This document shows positions 27,195-36,818 of a DNA stretch of 64,000 nucleotides, one piece after another. This DNA is from a virus: positions 1-64,000 of IMG/VR virus record IMGVR_UViG_3300037245_001773; one strand, 5' to 3'. Both the position numbers and the translations under genes were made by a program. Below the pieces are notes generated by a model, which was not told where the DNA came from, searched no databases, and saw nothing but the letters and a program-made list of their open reading frames with translations. Numbering within the stretch: the first letter of the stretch is position 1; each line of letters starts with the position of its first letter.

Positions 27195-28490
27195 TTATAC
27201 GATCAGAGTTACATTAACGGTTAACTTCAGGACAGCCGAACCGATTCGGGCCGTTACAGGAATTGCATCAACGATACCTGCTTGCCTGTTTGATACAGAG
27301 GCGGAAAGAGCGTCAGGCATCTCAATGATGAAATCTTGAGTGTCGCTGAGAGGATTCAAGCCGGTTCTCCCGAGTTGGACATTCAGAGAACTTGCGATTG
27401 CTTTTCTGATAAGCTCAAAGCCTGAATTAGTGTATGGGATTTTCTCATTGGATATCTGAATATTGAAAATATCCGTCGCCATGTTCAATTCAATGAACAC
27501 TCTCACATTCTCATCAACTATCTGCCTTCCGGTAATTGTGAATCCGTCAGACGTTACCGAGATATTGTTTTGCGGCTCGGTATATGTGATATAAAACTTA
27601 TCTCTCAGAACTTGAATGTCTGACTCACTGTAAAGAGTCTTTGGAACTGCTACCTGACCTGCTAATGCTTTATAGGCCCATGAGCTTGTCCCGATCAGTT
27701 TTCCAAGCTGGAAACCCTCGAAAGCGGCCTCAGGGAAAAGATACCTTGCAAAGTAGTCGATTGCCCCGTTGTTAGCGTCTGCCCCGTCGCTTTCAGTTGT
27801 GGCAAATGTCCAGGTTCCATCTGTGGGAACTGATGCAACCACATGATTTCCGTTCAGGTCCGAGCCGTCTGCGCCGGAGAGAGTTACAGGATCACCGACC
27901 CTTAAACCGTGAGCCGCGTCGGTTACCGTGGCCACAAGAGAAGCGACGGTTATATCAACGTCTTCCACGTCAACCCCTGCTTCATGGTGCGCGTGAAGGT
28001 ACGTGTTTGTATTACCTGATGCATTCAAGATACTGCCAAGATCCGTTTCATCGTCCGAGTCGATCATTTCTGCATCGATTTCGATTGAAGCCCCGAACAT
28101 GATGTTTTTCCCAAGAGCCCAATCTGATATCTCTTCGAGTTCGGTTTCGTCTTTGGTCGTTGTCAGGAGCTGAAAGAATCCTCTGTCTTGCGCCCATATA
28201 TTGTCAAGCGATGCTGTGATATTTGCATCACCTGAATCAGTCCGCGCCACCTTGAAAGTTGAATTGTGGCCGGGTTGCTTGTAATGAGCGTTTGCACATT
28301 TAGCAATCTTGGTTGTGTTCGCAAAATCAGTTAACAGGTCAGTTTCAGAAGTGTAACTCTTTGTCAGGTTGGTGATTACGTCGGTTAGTAAGGGGTCGAA
28401 AACCATCGCAATATCAAGAGACGGTGCGGCTGCCACTTTATCAGCCAAGCTGACATTTACAACGACAGCATCAAAAAGAATGGAAGCCAT
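27195..28490 (-). CDS. Tail sheath protein (DUF3383-like)
   Basis: PEAA, G.SSWAYK.L.G, KIPYT.SG, R..G..., GSAV; precedes tube. Confidence 0.88.
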   Translation of the reverse strand: MASILFDAVVVNVSLADKVAAAPSLDIAMVFDPLLTDVITNLTKSYTSETDLLTDFANTTKIAKCANAHYKQPGHNSTFKVARTDSGDANITASLDNIWAQDRGFFQLLTTTKDETELEEISDWALGKNIMFGASIEIDAEMIDSDDETDLGSILNASGNTNTYLHAHHEAGVDVEDVDITVASLVATVTDAAHGLRVGDPVTLSGADGSDLNGNHVVASVPTDGTWTFATTESDGADANNGAIDYFARYLFPEAAFEGFQLGKLIGTSSWAYKALAGQVAVPKTLYSESDIQVLRDKFYITYTEPQNNISVTSDGFTITGRQIVDENVRVFIELNMATDIFNIQISNEKIPYTNSGFELIRKAIASSLNVQLGRTGLNPLSDTQDFIIEMPDALSASVSNRQAGIVDAIPVTARIGSAVLKLTVNVTLIV

Positions 28491-29020
28491 TAGATATCCT
28501 CGATAGTAAGGGTTGCATCGATTGTAGAGACATCAACTTCGAACGTCTCCTCTGTGTAATTCAAATTGTTATTCAAGAAAATCTCGACCGTGGCGCGTTG
28601 CTCGTTTTTATCTCCCATGAATTGTACTAATGGGGTTAAATCCGTCCAGTTCATTACGCCTATATTGTTGCTTTTCTGATAAGCCTGGCTTGAAAATGTG
28701 TTTAACCGGATAGTCATTTCTTCAGCGATTTGATTAGCTGATTTAAATCCGGAAACCTTTTTGTTTTTATTCTGTGCCGCTGTCTTTGTGTAGAAATTTA
28801 CCTGAACGGCTTCGGTTTTATTGATATCTATTGTTTCAGTGTAAACGCCGGCGACGTCTAAATACCCTATTTGCTCACGCCCGTTTGCCGGGTTGCTGAT
28901 TTCTTGCCAAGAACAATAAGGATTTTTAGGGGCCGCTCCTGGTTGGTTGTGTTTTATCACTTTAAAACCAACAGGTAGGAGTATTTTAAAAAAGCCCTGC
29001 AAGACTGAATCAGGTATCAT
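28490..29020 (-). CDS. Neck / tail terminator protein
   Basis: NQ....P..PY, E.RA.VEI; position. Confidence 0.7.
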   Translation of the reverse strand: MIPDSVLQGFFKILLPVGFKVIKHNQPGAAPKNPYCSWQEISNPANGREQIGYLDVAGVYTETIDINKTEAVQVNFYTKTAAQNKNKKVSGFKSANQIAEEMTIRLNTFSSQAYQKSNNIGVMNWTDLTPLVQFMGDKNEQRATVEIFLNNNLNYTEETFEVDVSTIDATLTIEDI

Positions 29021-29381
29021 CTATATTATCCGCTTCGCCACTTCTCGTTAAATCAAATTCTCTGTAATCTCCTGGCCAGTGTACCATATTACTGACAGTA
29101 AATAATCCGTCATCTACTGTGATAATGTCTTTGTTTGATACTTTGTTCCCGGGAATATCAACTGCCCATCCATGCCATGAAATTTCCTGTCTTTGTGATG
29201 GTACGCCGTCATTGAGCTTGTCAACTATCGGTTGTAAATGAACTTTGACTGTTGTTTTTGATTCCGGAGCATCAACCCATATCCCGTCATCATCATCAAA
29301 AAATCCTTCTGCCCGTTCGAATCTTTGTATCGGATATTCCCTAGACCTGCTTAAAATAGTCTTTCTTATCGATTTGCTCAT
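29010..29381 (-). CDS. Head-closure / head-tail adaptor
   Basis: G....G.WV, LQP, D.I.VD...F.V; position. Confidence 0.65.
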   Translation of the reverse strand: MSKSIRKTILSRSREYPIQRFERAEGFFDDDDGIWVDAPESKTTVKVHLQPIVDKLNDGVPSQRQEISWHGWAVDIPGNKVSNKDIITVDDGLFTVSNMVHWPGDYREFDLTRSGEADNIDDT

Positions 29382-29827
29382 GATACTTTAACGGTCGCCC
29401 CGTTTATCATTCTTGATGAGTCAATCAATGGCGTGTCACTTCCTTTTCTGTCGATTGTCGATTGCTCGTTATCCGCCAATCCTAATTCTCTTGTGACAAC
29501 TCCATTCATCATTGTGTTTCTGTAAAAGTCTCCCCATACTTCTAGTGCTAACTCCGCGTCTATTTTATCATCCAGATATTTATCAGCGAGCTTAACACCC
29601 ATGTCGCCTATTTCCTGCTCGTTATTATCAAACGAATCCCGCATGAATGGCCTTGCCGTCTGTCCTTCGCCTAACTCATGTATGATTGCGAGTTTAGCAA
29701 GATCAATTCCATCCTCTTCGGACTCCCCTTGTTGATAACCAACTTCGGCATCCATCTTTGTCAGAGTTTCTATTTTGTCAAAAAAGTCATCAAACCCATT
29801 ATCAATGTCTATTATCTCAACACCCAT
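29378..29827 (-). CDS. Tail completion protein (HK97 gp10-like)
   Basis: A.IHELG...ARPFMR, STI.RKGSD.PLID. Confidence 0.8.
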   Translation of the reverse strand: MGVEIIDIDNGFDDFFDKIETLTKMDAEVGYQQGESEEDGIDLAKLAIIHELGEGQTARPFMRDSFDNNEQEIGDMGVKLADKYLDDKIDAELALEVWGDFYRNTMMNGVVTRELGLADNEQSTIDRKGSDTPLIDSSRMINGATVKVS

Positions 29828-30195
29828 CAGTTGTAAAACCCCACGTACCTATGTTTCATTATGTGCCAAAAAGAACGCCCATATTGAGTTTCCTGGATAG
29901 TCATGTCAGGGGGTGGGTTGTTAACTGCCAACGTCACCCCCGTTGATACTGACCCAATAGATTCACTGGATCTTGTTCCTTCGCCTGCGGGTGGAGTTAT
30001 GGCCATATTAGCCCAATGCGAAGCATAATAGCGCCTCGCATCGAATGTGTCATCCAGATATCGAGACTCTGCAATCCGACGGTTTGTCATATTTATCACC
30101 AAGTCACGTTGAGCCGGTGTGAACAACTCAAGTTCTTCGGCAATATCCTGCGCCGTGTTCTGCACATCAGTCCATGTAATATCTGGAAGTGCCAT
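29827..30195 (-). CDS. Head-tail connector (DUF4054-like)
   Basis: YY.SH, SSESIGSVS, T.YG..FW. Confidence 0.8.
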   Translation of the reverse strand: MALPDITWTDVQNTAQDIAEELELFTPAQRDLVINMTNRRIAESRYLDDTFDARRYYASHWANMAITPPAGEGTRSSESIGSVSTGVTLAVNNPPPDMTIQETQYGRSFWHIMKHRYVGFYN

Positions 30196-30668
30196 TATTT
30201 ATCCGCCTTTTTTGCTTCTTTTTTGGCTTCTGCCAATGCTTTTTTGGCTTCTTTGACCACAAGCAATGCGGCCTTTTTCTCATCCGCATTAGCAGCCTTT
30301 TCAAGAGCGTCTTCTGCTTCCATTAAAGCCTTTTCAGCCTTGCCGACTTCAGACTCCTGTTTTTCATCGAACTTCGCCTTGTCCTCGGCATATTTGAGTT
30401 TTTTCTCAAGTTTCGTGATTTCACCCTTGAGACTTGAGATTTCAGACGACGCGGACTCGGCATCTTCGACAAAATCACCGCGATTCAACAGATGTTTCAA
30501 TGCACTCCCATTTTCAGCCATGAGAGCGTCGAATTGATCATCGTGAACCTCAGTTTTTTTATCGGGCAAAAATTCAACCGAAAATACCTTGTCGGGTTTA
30601 TCTTTGCCGACTTTAATCCTACCACTCATGACATTGGCGGATGTTAGCTTTGAATAAATCAAATGCAT
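30195..30668 (-). CDS. Hypothetical head-associated protein with Lys/Ala/Glu-rich coiled coil
   Basis: GGAGG RBS, directly after the capsid gene. Confidence 0.7.
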   Translation of the reverse strand: MHLIYSKLTSANVMSGRIKVGKDKPDKVFSVEFLPDKKTEVHDDQFDALMAENGSALKHLLNRGDFVEDAESASSEISSLKGEITKLEKKLKYAEDKAKFDEKQESEVGKAEKALMEAEDALEKAANADEKKAALLVVKEAKKALAEAKKEAKKADK

Positions 30669-30677
30669 TTTATCCTC

Positions 30678-31832
30678 CTATATGCCGTAAGTTTGATCAA
30701 GAGCAACCGCGTAGCGCATTGTCACGCCACCGAATTCCATCTCTGAATCAAAGTTGAAAAGAAGCCCTTTGATTGACATCGGCATCCAAATGATACTTTC
30801 GACAACGTTTGCCTCTAGGACTCGGTTGTCTTTTGGATACACAATCATCAACTGACTTGAGCCGGTTCCCTGATCAGACAGCTCGAAAATAACCACGAAA
30901 TTGCTGATTCCGTTGACTGCTGAATTGTTCAGGATGTACTGCATGATCGACGTGTCAGTACCGGACGACATACGCTCGTTTGCAAGAAAGTCGAATCTTG
31001 CTTGACTCAGAGCAACGGTCATTCCAGCCTTGCCATAAACACCGTAAGTCCTGGTTCGAACCCTGGAAACAGAATCAACGACATCGTGCATGATCTCATC
31101 GTTGGTCTTTTCTCCGCCTGGCCATGTCCTGTCAGTACCGGACGCGCCCAGCGGTGCTTGAGTATTCGTCACGCCAGTAGCGTTGATAAATCCCTCAAGT
31201 CCAAGTGCTGAGTTTCCAAGGAACATCTGAGTTTGAAGCCGTCTTGCATAACCGAGTTCAACAGCGATCAAATCTTCAGTGCTCAGAGGTACGCCAGCCA
31301 TTGCAGCCTTGCGCAACTCTTGAGCTGTGTAGCCATAACCCAAAGCCCAAGAATAAACTTTATTCGAGAACTCAACGCCTTTGGCGTTTGCCCGTGGAAC
31401 GTTCGTGATGTTTCCGACTGCGGTCAGTTCAGCAAGTCCGGTATGATCGATGGTTCTGTATGTAATCCGATCAGTTCCGGGTGTGAACGTCTTGATTGGA
31501 AGAACTTCTTTCCAATTGTCCAGGGGCTTATGGATCACCGCGTAACGGGTGGGATCGATCTCTTCCAACTGACGGGCAAAAACGAGCCCTTCATTTGCAT
31601 CGAAACGACCGGATTTCTCCATGTTTTTGACAATCTCATCATCTGTCAATTCCCTGCTGTACTGGTTTTTGAAAGCGTTGTTTTCAATCGCCGCTTTCTC
31701 ATACTCAATCACCCGAAACTGCTCCTTAAGCTGATCGAGTCTGTACGGGGTGTCTTTCCCGTCAGGATTGATAGCTTTCATAATAAAGGGGTTGGCCTTT
31801 ATCTCAGCCATCAAAGTATCTAAATATTCCAT
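30678..31832 (-). CDS. Major capsid protein (DUF2184-like)
   Basis: FARQLEEID...Y, YT.QEL..A...G..L, F.G......GFIN, GGV..RY. Confidence 0.92.
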   Translation of the reverse strand: MEYLDTLMAEIKANPFIMKAINPDGKDTPYRLDQLKEQFRVIEYEKAAIENNAFKNQYSRELTDDEIVKNMEKSGRFDANEGLVFARQLEEIDPTRYAVIHKPLDNWKEVLPIKTFTPGTDRITYRTIDHTGLAELTAVGNITNVPRANAKGVEFSNKVYSWALGYGYTAQELRKAAMAGVPLSTEDLIAVELGYARRLQTQMFLGNSALGLEGFINATGVTNTQAPLGASGTDRTWPGGEKTNDEIMHDVVDSVSRVRTRTYGVYGKAGMTVALSQARFDFLANERMSSGTDTSIMQYILNNSAVNGISNFVVIFELSDQGTGSSQLMIVYPKDNRVLEANVVESIIWMPMSIKGLLFNFDSEMEFGGVTMRYAVALDQTYGI

Positions 31833-31841
31833 TTATCCCCC

Positions 31842-32351
31842 TTATGTTAGAGTTGAGCCAATTCCTGCCGCGATATCGAGGTAGAAAAGGACAATGTCAC
31901 CTGAGTCACCACCCTCAAGATAATATCCCGGGACTTGGCTGGCTTTGTTGGTATCCAGGTCAATTCTCCAGGTTTTGGCCGCCGAGTCGCCGGTGGTATG
32001 AGTAAAATATCCGATATCATTCTTGACCACCGTATCGCCAAGCAATACAGCGATAGTTCCCTTTCTCAGGAGCGTAATCGGCTGGTCGTCTTCGTACGAG
32101 TTGACCCCGGTGCTGAGAGCTTTCTCGTTCTGAAACTCCGACCAAATGGCGATCCCTTGGAATGTTTTCTGGGTAAAAGCAGCCTCCGCGCCTTTGACAT
32201 CAATTTCCGCCGTGCTTTGGACTGCTACCTCGCCCGGCTTCATATTGGTGTCGTCGTCAAGAATTCTGACCAGAGTTTCGGCGGTTTCGAGATCAACCAC
32301 TTGGCCGGCCACCAAACGATCACGGAATTCACTTACTGTTGTTTGTGTCAT
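31842..32351 (-). CDS. Capsid decoration/cement protein
   Basis: AGQ..D, G.VAV, F.GIA, Y......LR.G.IAV; between scaffold and capsid. Confidence 0.75.
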   Translation of the reverse strand: MTQTTVSEFRDRLVAGQVVDLETAETLVRILDDDTNMKPGEVAVQSTAEIDVKGAEAAFTQKTFQGIAIWSEFQNEKALSTGVNSYEDDQPITLLRKGTIAVLLGDTVVKNDIGYFTHTTGDSAAKTWRIDLDTNKASQVPGYYLEGGDSGDIVLFYLDIAAGIGSTLT

Positions 32352-33565
32352 TATCCGTTCCTCCATGCTCTGGCTTTATCGAATGCAGACGTTTCCCCTT
32401 CTTTGCCTGGTTCGAAACTGTGGTTATCAAGATTCTCCTTGGCGGCAATCTTCTTTTTTTCATGCTTATGATCCAGCATGTCAAACGCGGCCTTGGCGTA
32501 AACAGGATTTTCAAGATCAGCATGCTTTGACTCTGGCAATTTGCCTGCTTTCTTGACCACCCCTACAATGATTTCTTCGTTGGTCATTTTATCCGCACCA
32601 TCAAGCTTGTACTCGCTTGCTGTATTCAGATAACCTGACCTTTCCTTGACAAATTCATCCAGCTTTTCTTTCGGGATTGAATCTACATTCGCTCCCTCAA
32701 GCTCTGTATTCTTAGCTTCAAGAATATCGAACTTTGCCTTGGATGCTACTGCTTCATTTGTCAAAGAATCAAATTTCTCAACAGCTTCTTTCAGTGCAGT
32801 TGTGAAACGTTTCTCGCGCTTTTTCAGCTGAGTGATGACTCCCTTATATTCCTTAGGAAGCTCAACCTCTTCAGCATCAAGCCGAAAATCGCCAACCACT
32901 ACCTCCGGTAGCTCCCGTTGAATAATTTCCATGATTGATTCCTCTTTATGGTTTTCGCTGATTTCCTCGGAGTCGATTCTCTCAGCTTCAATGCCGTTTA
33001 TTGCGCTATTACTATCAAGACGGATACGGCATGTTTCCCCGCCCCTAGCGTTCTTCACTCTTGCTATGTGGTTGTATCTTATGTTTTTTTGACGTTTTTG
33101 AAACTCAACCCCTTCAAAGATACCCGATTCGTTTATTACATCACATCGATATCCGGCTGAAAGTTCTAAATCTTTTTCCCCTTCTATCGCTTTTATTTCT
33201 TTTCCATCAACAATTTTTAACGGTACTCTTGCATGATTTTCAACTCTAGAAACATCCTCCATTGACATTCCAAAAGTTTTATTAGCAGCGTTTTCAGGAG
33301 TAAACAGTTCAACATGATTTGATTGAGTTGTGTATGGCAGCCCCTTCAATGAATCCATTGTCTCGACAGAAAACACATCATCCGGGTGCCTTAATTCTCC
33401 CCACTCATTACCAATAGAGTCCCGGTACATGAAAACACCGGCTCTTGTCGGAGTCGAATCAACCCTCAAAAAACCGTTGCTGTCTTTTTTTGGGTCATCT
33501 ACTTTGAACGCTGGAACGTTGACCTTGAAAAAGTCATACCTGATTTGGCCCATCATTTTACTCAT
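32351..33565 (-). CDS. Prohead protease/scaffold (DUF2213-like)
   Basis: GFL.......R.GV..Y, ELR.P.DVF, ELS.GY, Q..I.YNH.A.V..ARGG...RLDS. Confidence 0.92.
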   Translation of the reverse strand: MSKMMGQIRYDFFKVNVPAFKVDDPKKDSNGFLRVDSTPTRAGVFMYRDSIGNEWGELRHPDDVFSVETMDSLKGLPYTTQSNHVELFTPENAANKTFGMSMEDVSRVENHARVPLKIVDGKEIKAIEGEKDLELSAGYRCDVINESGIFEGVEFQKRQKNIRYNHIARVKNARGGETCRIRLDSNSAINGIEAERIDSEEISENHKEESIMEIIQRELPEVVVGDFRLDAEEVELPKEYKGVITQLKKREKRFTTALKEAVEKFDSLTNEAVASKAKFDILEAKNTELEGANVDSIPKEKLDEFVKERSGYLNTASEYKLDGADKMTNEEIIVGVVKKAGKLPESKHADLENPVYAKAAFDMLDHKHEKKKIAAKENLDNHSFEPGKEGETSAFDKARAWRNG

Positions 33566-33842
33566 TGATTAACTCCCGTATTCCATTGATTAGCCACTCC
33601 CAAAAGTCCTTGAATTCAGAGATATACTGACGCATGAAAAAGAAAACCAGCCCGAACAAGGCAGCAAAAACCGCTATTCTGATGATGAAATTGTCATCCC
33701 TGGTCTTTGACTCTGACTGATTTAATGTAGCTCTCTCAGCCCTTGCCAGTGCAATTTTCAACAGCATATATATGATGCCTGCCATTGCAAGGATGTTGAA
33801 ATAATACCAAACTAGCCCGGTTTGAGCGTAACTAAGAAGCAT
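33558..33842 (-). CDS. Two-TM membrane protein (holin-like size)
   Basis: Two hydrophobic helices; coupled to its neighbours. Confidence 0.7.
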   Translation of the reverse strand: MLLSYAQTGLVWYYFNILAMAGIIYMLLKIALARAERATLNQSESKTRDDNFIIRIAVFAALFGLVFFFMRQYISEFKDFWEWLINGIRELINE

Positions 33843-34302
33843 TTTCCTTCCTCGGCATTCCGTAAAGTTTCGCGCCTGTATTCTTCTGGTTTCCCTTGAA
33901 GCATTGGGACAATATCACAGCAGACGTAATCAATATGTACCCGAATCCATTATCCCCAAATGGCGGAACAAATGACTCAGTTGGCCATAACATTGCGAAC
34001 GCTTGCCATTGCCAATAATATCCAGTAGCCCCACATATAAAAAACTTGGCTAAATAATTAGTTGTGTAGTCCACATATCTAGCTGTGAGAAAGCAAACGA
34101 TTACAAACTGCCATATGATAAGCCCAAAAGTTCCAGATTTCACGGGAACGGAACTGTCACCGAGATAACCAGTTGTTACCAGCCCGATCAAAAACCCGTT
34201 AAACAAGGCAACCATCAGAATAATATTAGGCGTTATATTATCTGTTGCGGTTCTCAGAAAATCATTTACACCCTGGAGGGCGTCATCTGCTTTGTCTTTC
34301 AT
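33832..34302 (-). CDS. Multi-pass (about 4 TM) membrane protein
   Basis: Four hydrophobic segments, basic C-terminus. Confidence 0.7.
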   Translation of the reverse strand: MKDKADDALQGVNDFLRTATDNITPNIILMVALFNGFLIGLVTTGYLGDSSVPVKSGTFGLIIWQFVIVCFLTARYVDYTTNYLAKFFICGATGYYWQWQAFAMLWPTESFVPPFGDNGFGYILITSAVILSQCFKGNQKNTGAKLYGMPRKENAS

Positions 34303-34303
34303 T

Positions 34304-34477
34304 TTACCTTTTCCTCAGTGCTCTGTTTAACGTGTTGCTTAACTCTTCATCTTTTTCTATTTCGTCATGTCCGGCCTCTACATATTTCGCAATGGTTGCC
34401 AAGTCGAACTTGTTTGATCTTCTCATTGACTTGTTCGTATCATATTTATTTGATTTTGATTTCCTAACGGTTGTCAT
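34304..34477 (-). CDS. Small basic protein, 57 aa (manual)
   Basis: MTTVRKSKSNKYD...; ATGA coupling and GGAGG RBS. Confidence 0.55.
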   Translation of the reverse strand: MTTVRKSKSNKYDTNKSMRRSNKFDLATIAKYVEAGHDEIEKDEELSNTLNRALRKR

Positions 34478-35181
34478 TCTTTGTCGTCCTCCACAAAGTC
34501 CTCAATTACATCTGGACCGATTACACACCTAAACCGTTTTTGATCTTCTTTATTCTTGATTCTTTTGACTCTCCATGATTTAACAAAAACCGCTTCCATT
34601 TCTTCGTCTGGCAGAAACCCGTCGAAATAATCCTCACAATAATCATCGGCTGACATGCTGAAAAAAGTCGAGTGATCCAAGTTAAGTCTTGCGTTATCTT
34701 TTCCCCTCGCCGCTGATCTCATCACCATAAAATCTTGCTCATCATATATAGCGTATGCGAATATTTTCGAGAACTTTATTTTCTTGTCAAATTCAACATT
34801 GAACTTCGATTCTAAACTTCGGACTCCCTTGGTATGGAAAAAAGGGTGCATGTTTAGTTTTGTGGATTTATGTCCTGATTCTTTTGCGAATATCTTAAAG
34901 AATCCCACATAATCATCTTTTGCCCCCGCATCCGCCAATCCACCGGCAATGTCTACACTCTTTGTATAATTCATTGTGAGTGCCATCATTGCTACTGTAA
35001 AAACACCCAAGAACATAAACCTTGCCACCTGATAACCAGCCGCTTTCTTGCCGAGTTCACATATCGTGTTCAAGAGTGGATGCCTTATCAAGAAATCAGA
35101 ACGTCCTGTATCGGTGTCGAGTCTGGTCTCCTCTGTCTGATTTGTATCGCTGAATTCATCCAAATTAAATAAATTAGACAT
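34474..35181 (-). CDS. Single-TM membrane-anchored protein
   Basis: FMFLGVFTVAMMALTM helix followed by a globular domain. Confidence 0.7.
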   Translation of the reverse strand: MSNLFNLDEFSDTNQTEETRLDTDTGRSDFLIRHPLLNTICELGKKAAGYQVARFMFLGVFTVAMMALTMNYTKSVDIAGGLADAGAKDDYVGFFKIFAKESGHKSTKLNMHPFFHTKGVRSLESKFNVEFDKKIKFSKIFAYAIYDEQDFMVMRSAARGKDNARLNLDHSTFFSMSADDYCEDYFDGFLPDEEMEAVFVKSWRVKRIKNKEDQKRFRCVIGPDVIEDFVEDDKE

Positions 35182-36382
35182 CTATCGCCCCTGACTTTTG
35201 CGCTGTTTGGATTGCCTTGTCATTTGATGCAAATTGAAAAAGTTCATCAATCGGGTTGCACTCGTATCTTGTGGATCCGCACGCTCTGGAATTATCCAGG
35301 TTGACATCATGCTTTTGTTCGTCTTTTTTGATCAGTTTGCTGCGTTCATCCAGTACCCCTGACCCCTTATCAAAAATTCTCACGGGTGCGCCGATACTTG
35401 TCACACTCAGACCAGTGTTATATTGCATGAGATAGACATCGTTATTCTTTACAATGTCCCCGTTCATAATCCCAAAACCTGTAAACATTGGCTTGGAATT
35501 GAAGAAAACAGGATCCAGCATTGCAGCACAGACAGCTATGTAAATCGGCATATCCGGAAATGTCTTTCTTGTGATTGTCATGGTCCTACGTGAAATATCC
35601 CATACCGGAATATAAACATCTTTCTGGCATTCCTTGACTGTCAGATCTCGGTCTGTTCTCCCTCCTCCAGCACTCTTTGCCTTGAAGTAATTCCGGATAA
35701 CTTTTTCCGCTTTCTTCGATTTGATTCTATCATTGTCTCGGTTCAGGAGAATGGAAGACGCTATTTCAACACCGACTTGAACGTATCCTTTTCTCACGAC
35801 ATTTAGAAAATCGCTCAGATACCACCGATTTAATTCATCTGCACTGTAACCGAGCGCACAACTGAACGCCTGTAATGAACCGAACCCGGCACCTGAAAAA
35901 ACATCAAATTCGGTTACTATTGAACCGTACCTTTCCGCGATCCTTCCTTCCAGTCTATGCTGAATTACTATCTGGCCGATTGTGCGGGTAAAATATGACT
36001 GATCGAATGAAAGCGCCTTGCCTGTAAATTTCTGGTTAAGTGTTTCCTGGCTCTTTTGAATCTCGGCCCTGAAATATTGGTTCCCCGCAATCGACTTTTT
36101 GACGGGGGGTTCATCATATTTTTTTGGTGCTGTGGTTGCTTGCTCGTCAATGATAAAATGATAACTCGCGTTCATCAGGTAGCAATCCTGAAAGGTGATT
36201 TCCGCAATGTTGTCTTCCGGTATCAGGACAATTTTAGGCGGCATTATCCCGGTTCCGGAAGTACATCTTATATATACAGGAGTACCGGCAAATTCAGATC
36301 CTACCCTGTATATTCTGCTATTCGGTATCTTGATGCGAAATTCTTGCCCTAGCTTTATCTGCTGGTTCGATTGCATTATCAA
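35174..36382 (-). CDS. Patatin-fold protein with degenerate catalytic motifs and an N-terminal beta-rich domain
   Basis: ALSFDQSY, FDVFSGAGFGS, ALGYSADEL, VYIPVWDI, AAMLDPVFF, IMNGDIVKNN, VTSIGA in patatin order. Confidence 0.75.
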   Translation of the reverse strand: MIMQSNQQIKLGQEFRIKIPNSRIYRVGSEFAGTPVYIRCTSGTGIMPPKIVLIPEDNIAEITFQDCYLMNASYHFIIDEQATTAPKKYDEPPVKKSIAGNQYFRAEIQKSQETLNQKFTGKALSFDQSYFTRTIGQIVIQHRLEGRIAERYGSIVTEFDVFSGAGFGSLQAFSCALGYSADELNRWYLSDFLNVVRKGYVQVGVEIASSILLNRDNDRIKSKKAEKVIRNYFKAKSAGGGRTDRDLTVKECQKDVYIPVWDISRRTMTITRKTFPDMPIYIAVCAAMLDPVFFNSKPMFTGFGIMNGDIVKNNDVYLMQYNTGLSVTSIGAPVRIFDKGSGVLDERSKLIKKDEQKHDVNLDNSRACGSTRYECNPIDELFQFASNDKAIQTAQKSGAIDV

Positions 36383-36818
36383 TCTCGGTTATCATTGTTT
36401 TAATCTGGCTTTCTTCTGTAGATTCTACCAGGTAAGATAAATAGCATGCCACATTTTGATTTACCAGCGTTTCGTCTGAGAAAAAAGCCTCTTTCTGGTC
36501 ACTGTGTCTTATTCTTAAAATTCCACCGTTGACATATAGATAATGGTGACCGTCGAAAATTAGTCCTTTTGTCCTCGGTGTTATTTCGTTCAACTCTTTC
36601 ACAAAGTCCGTTACTTTCAAAGGACTTTCAAATGCCCCGGTTCCAAATAATCTGTCATTCTCGAAATATTGTGGCGGCACGCTTCTGTTGGGAGTCAGAG
36701 ATTGTTCCCTTATGTTCGTTGCCTTTAATCCATTCTGCACTGATTCCAAAAACCAAGGATTCCTTGTCGGGTTCTTTTTATCTGGTCTTTCCTTGTATGT
36801 GGTTAATAAGTTTTTCAT
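36318..36818 (-). CDS. Hypothetical protein
   Basis: ATGA coupling to the gp7 gene. Confidence 0.65.
   Translation of the reverse strand: MKNLLTTYKERPDKKNPTRNPWFLESVQNGLKATNIREQSLTPNRSVPPQYFENDRLFGTGAFESPLKVTDFVKELNEITPRTKGLIFDGHHYLYVNGGILRIRHSDQKEAFFSDETLVNQNVACYLSYLVESTEESQIKTMITEIDNAIEPADKARARISHQDTE

Noticed and set aside
19303-33572. Many + strand ORFs of 60-196 aa opposite the structural genes
   Set aside because: Antisense shadows of well-supported minus-strand genes, with no recognisable motifs
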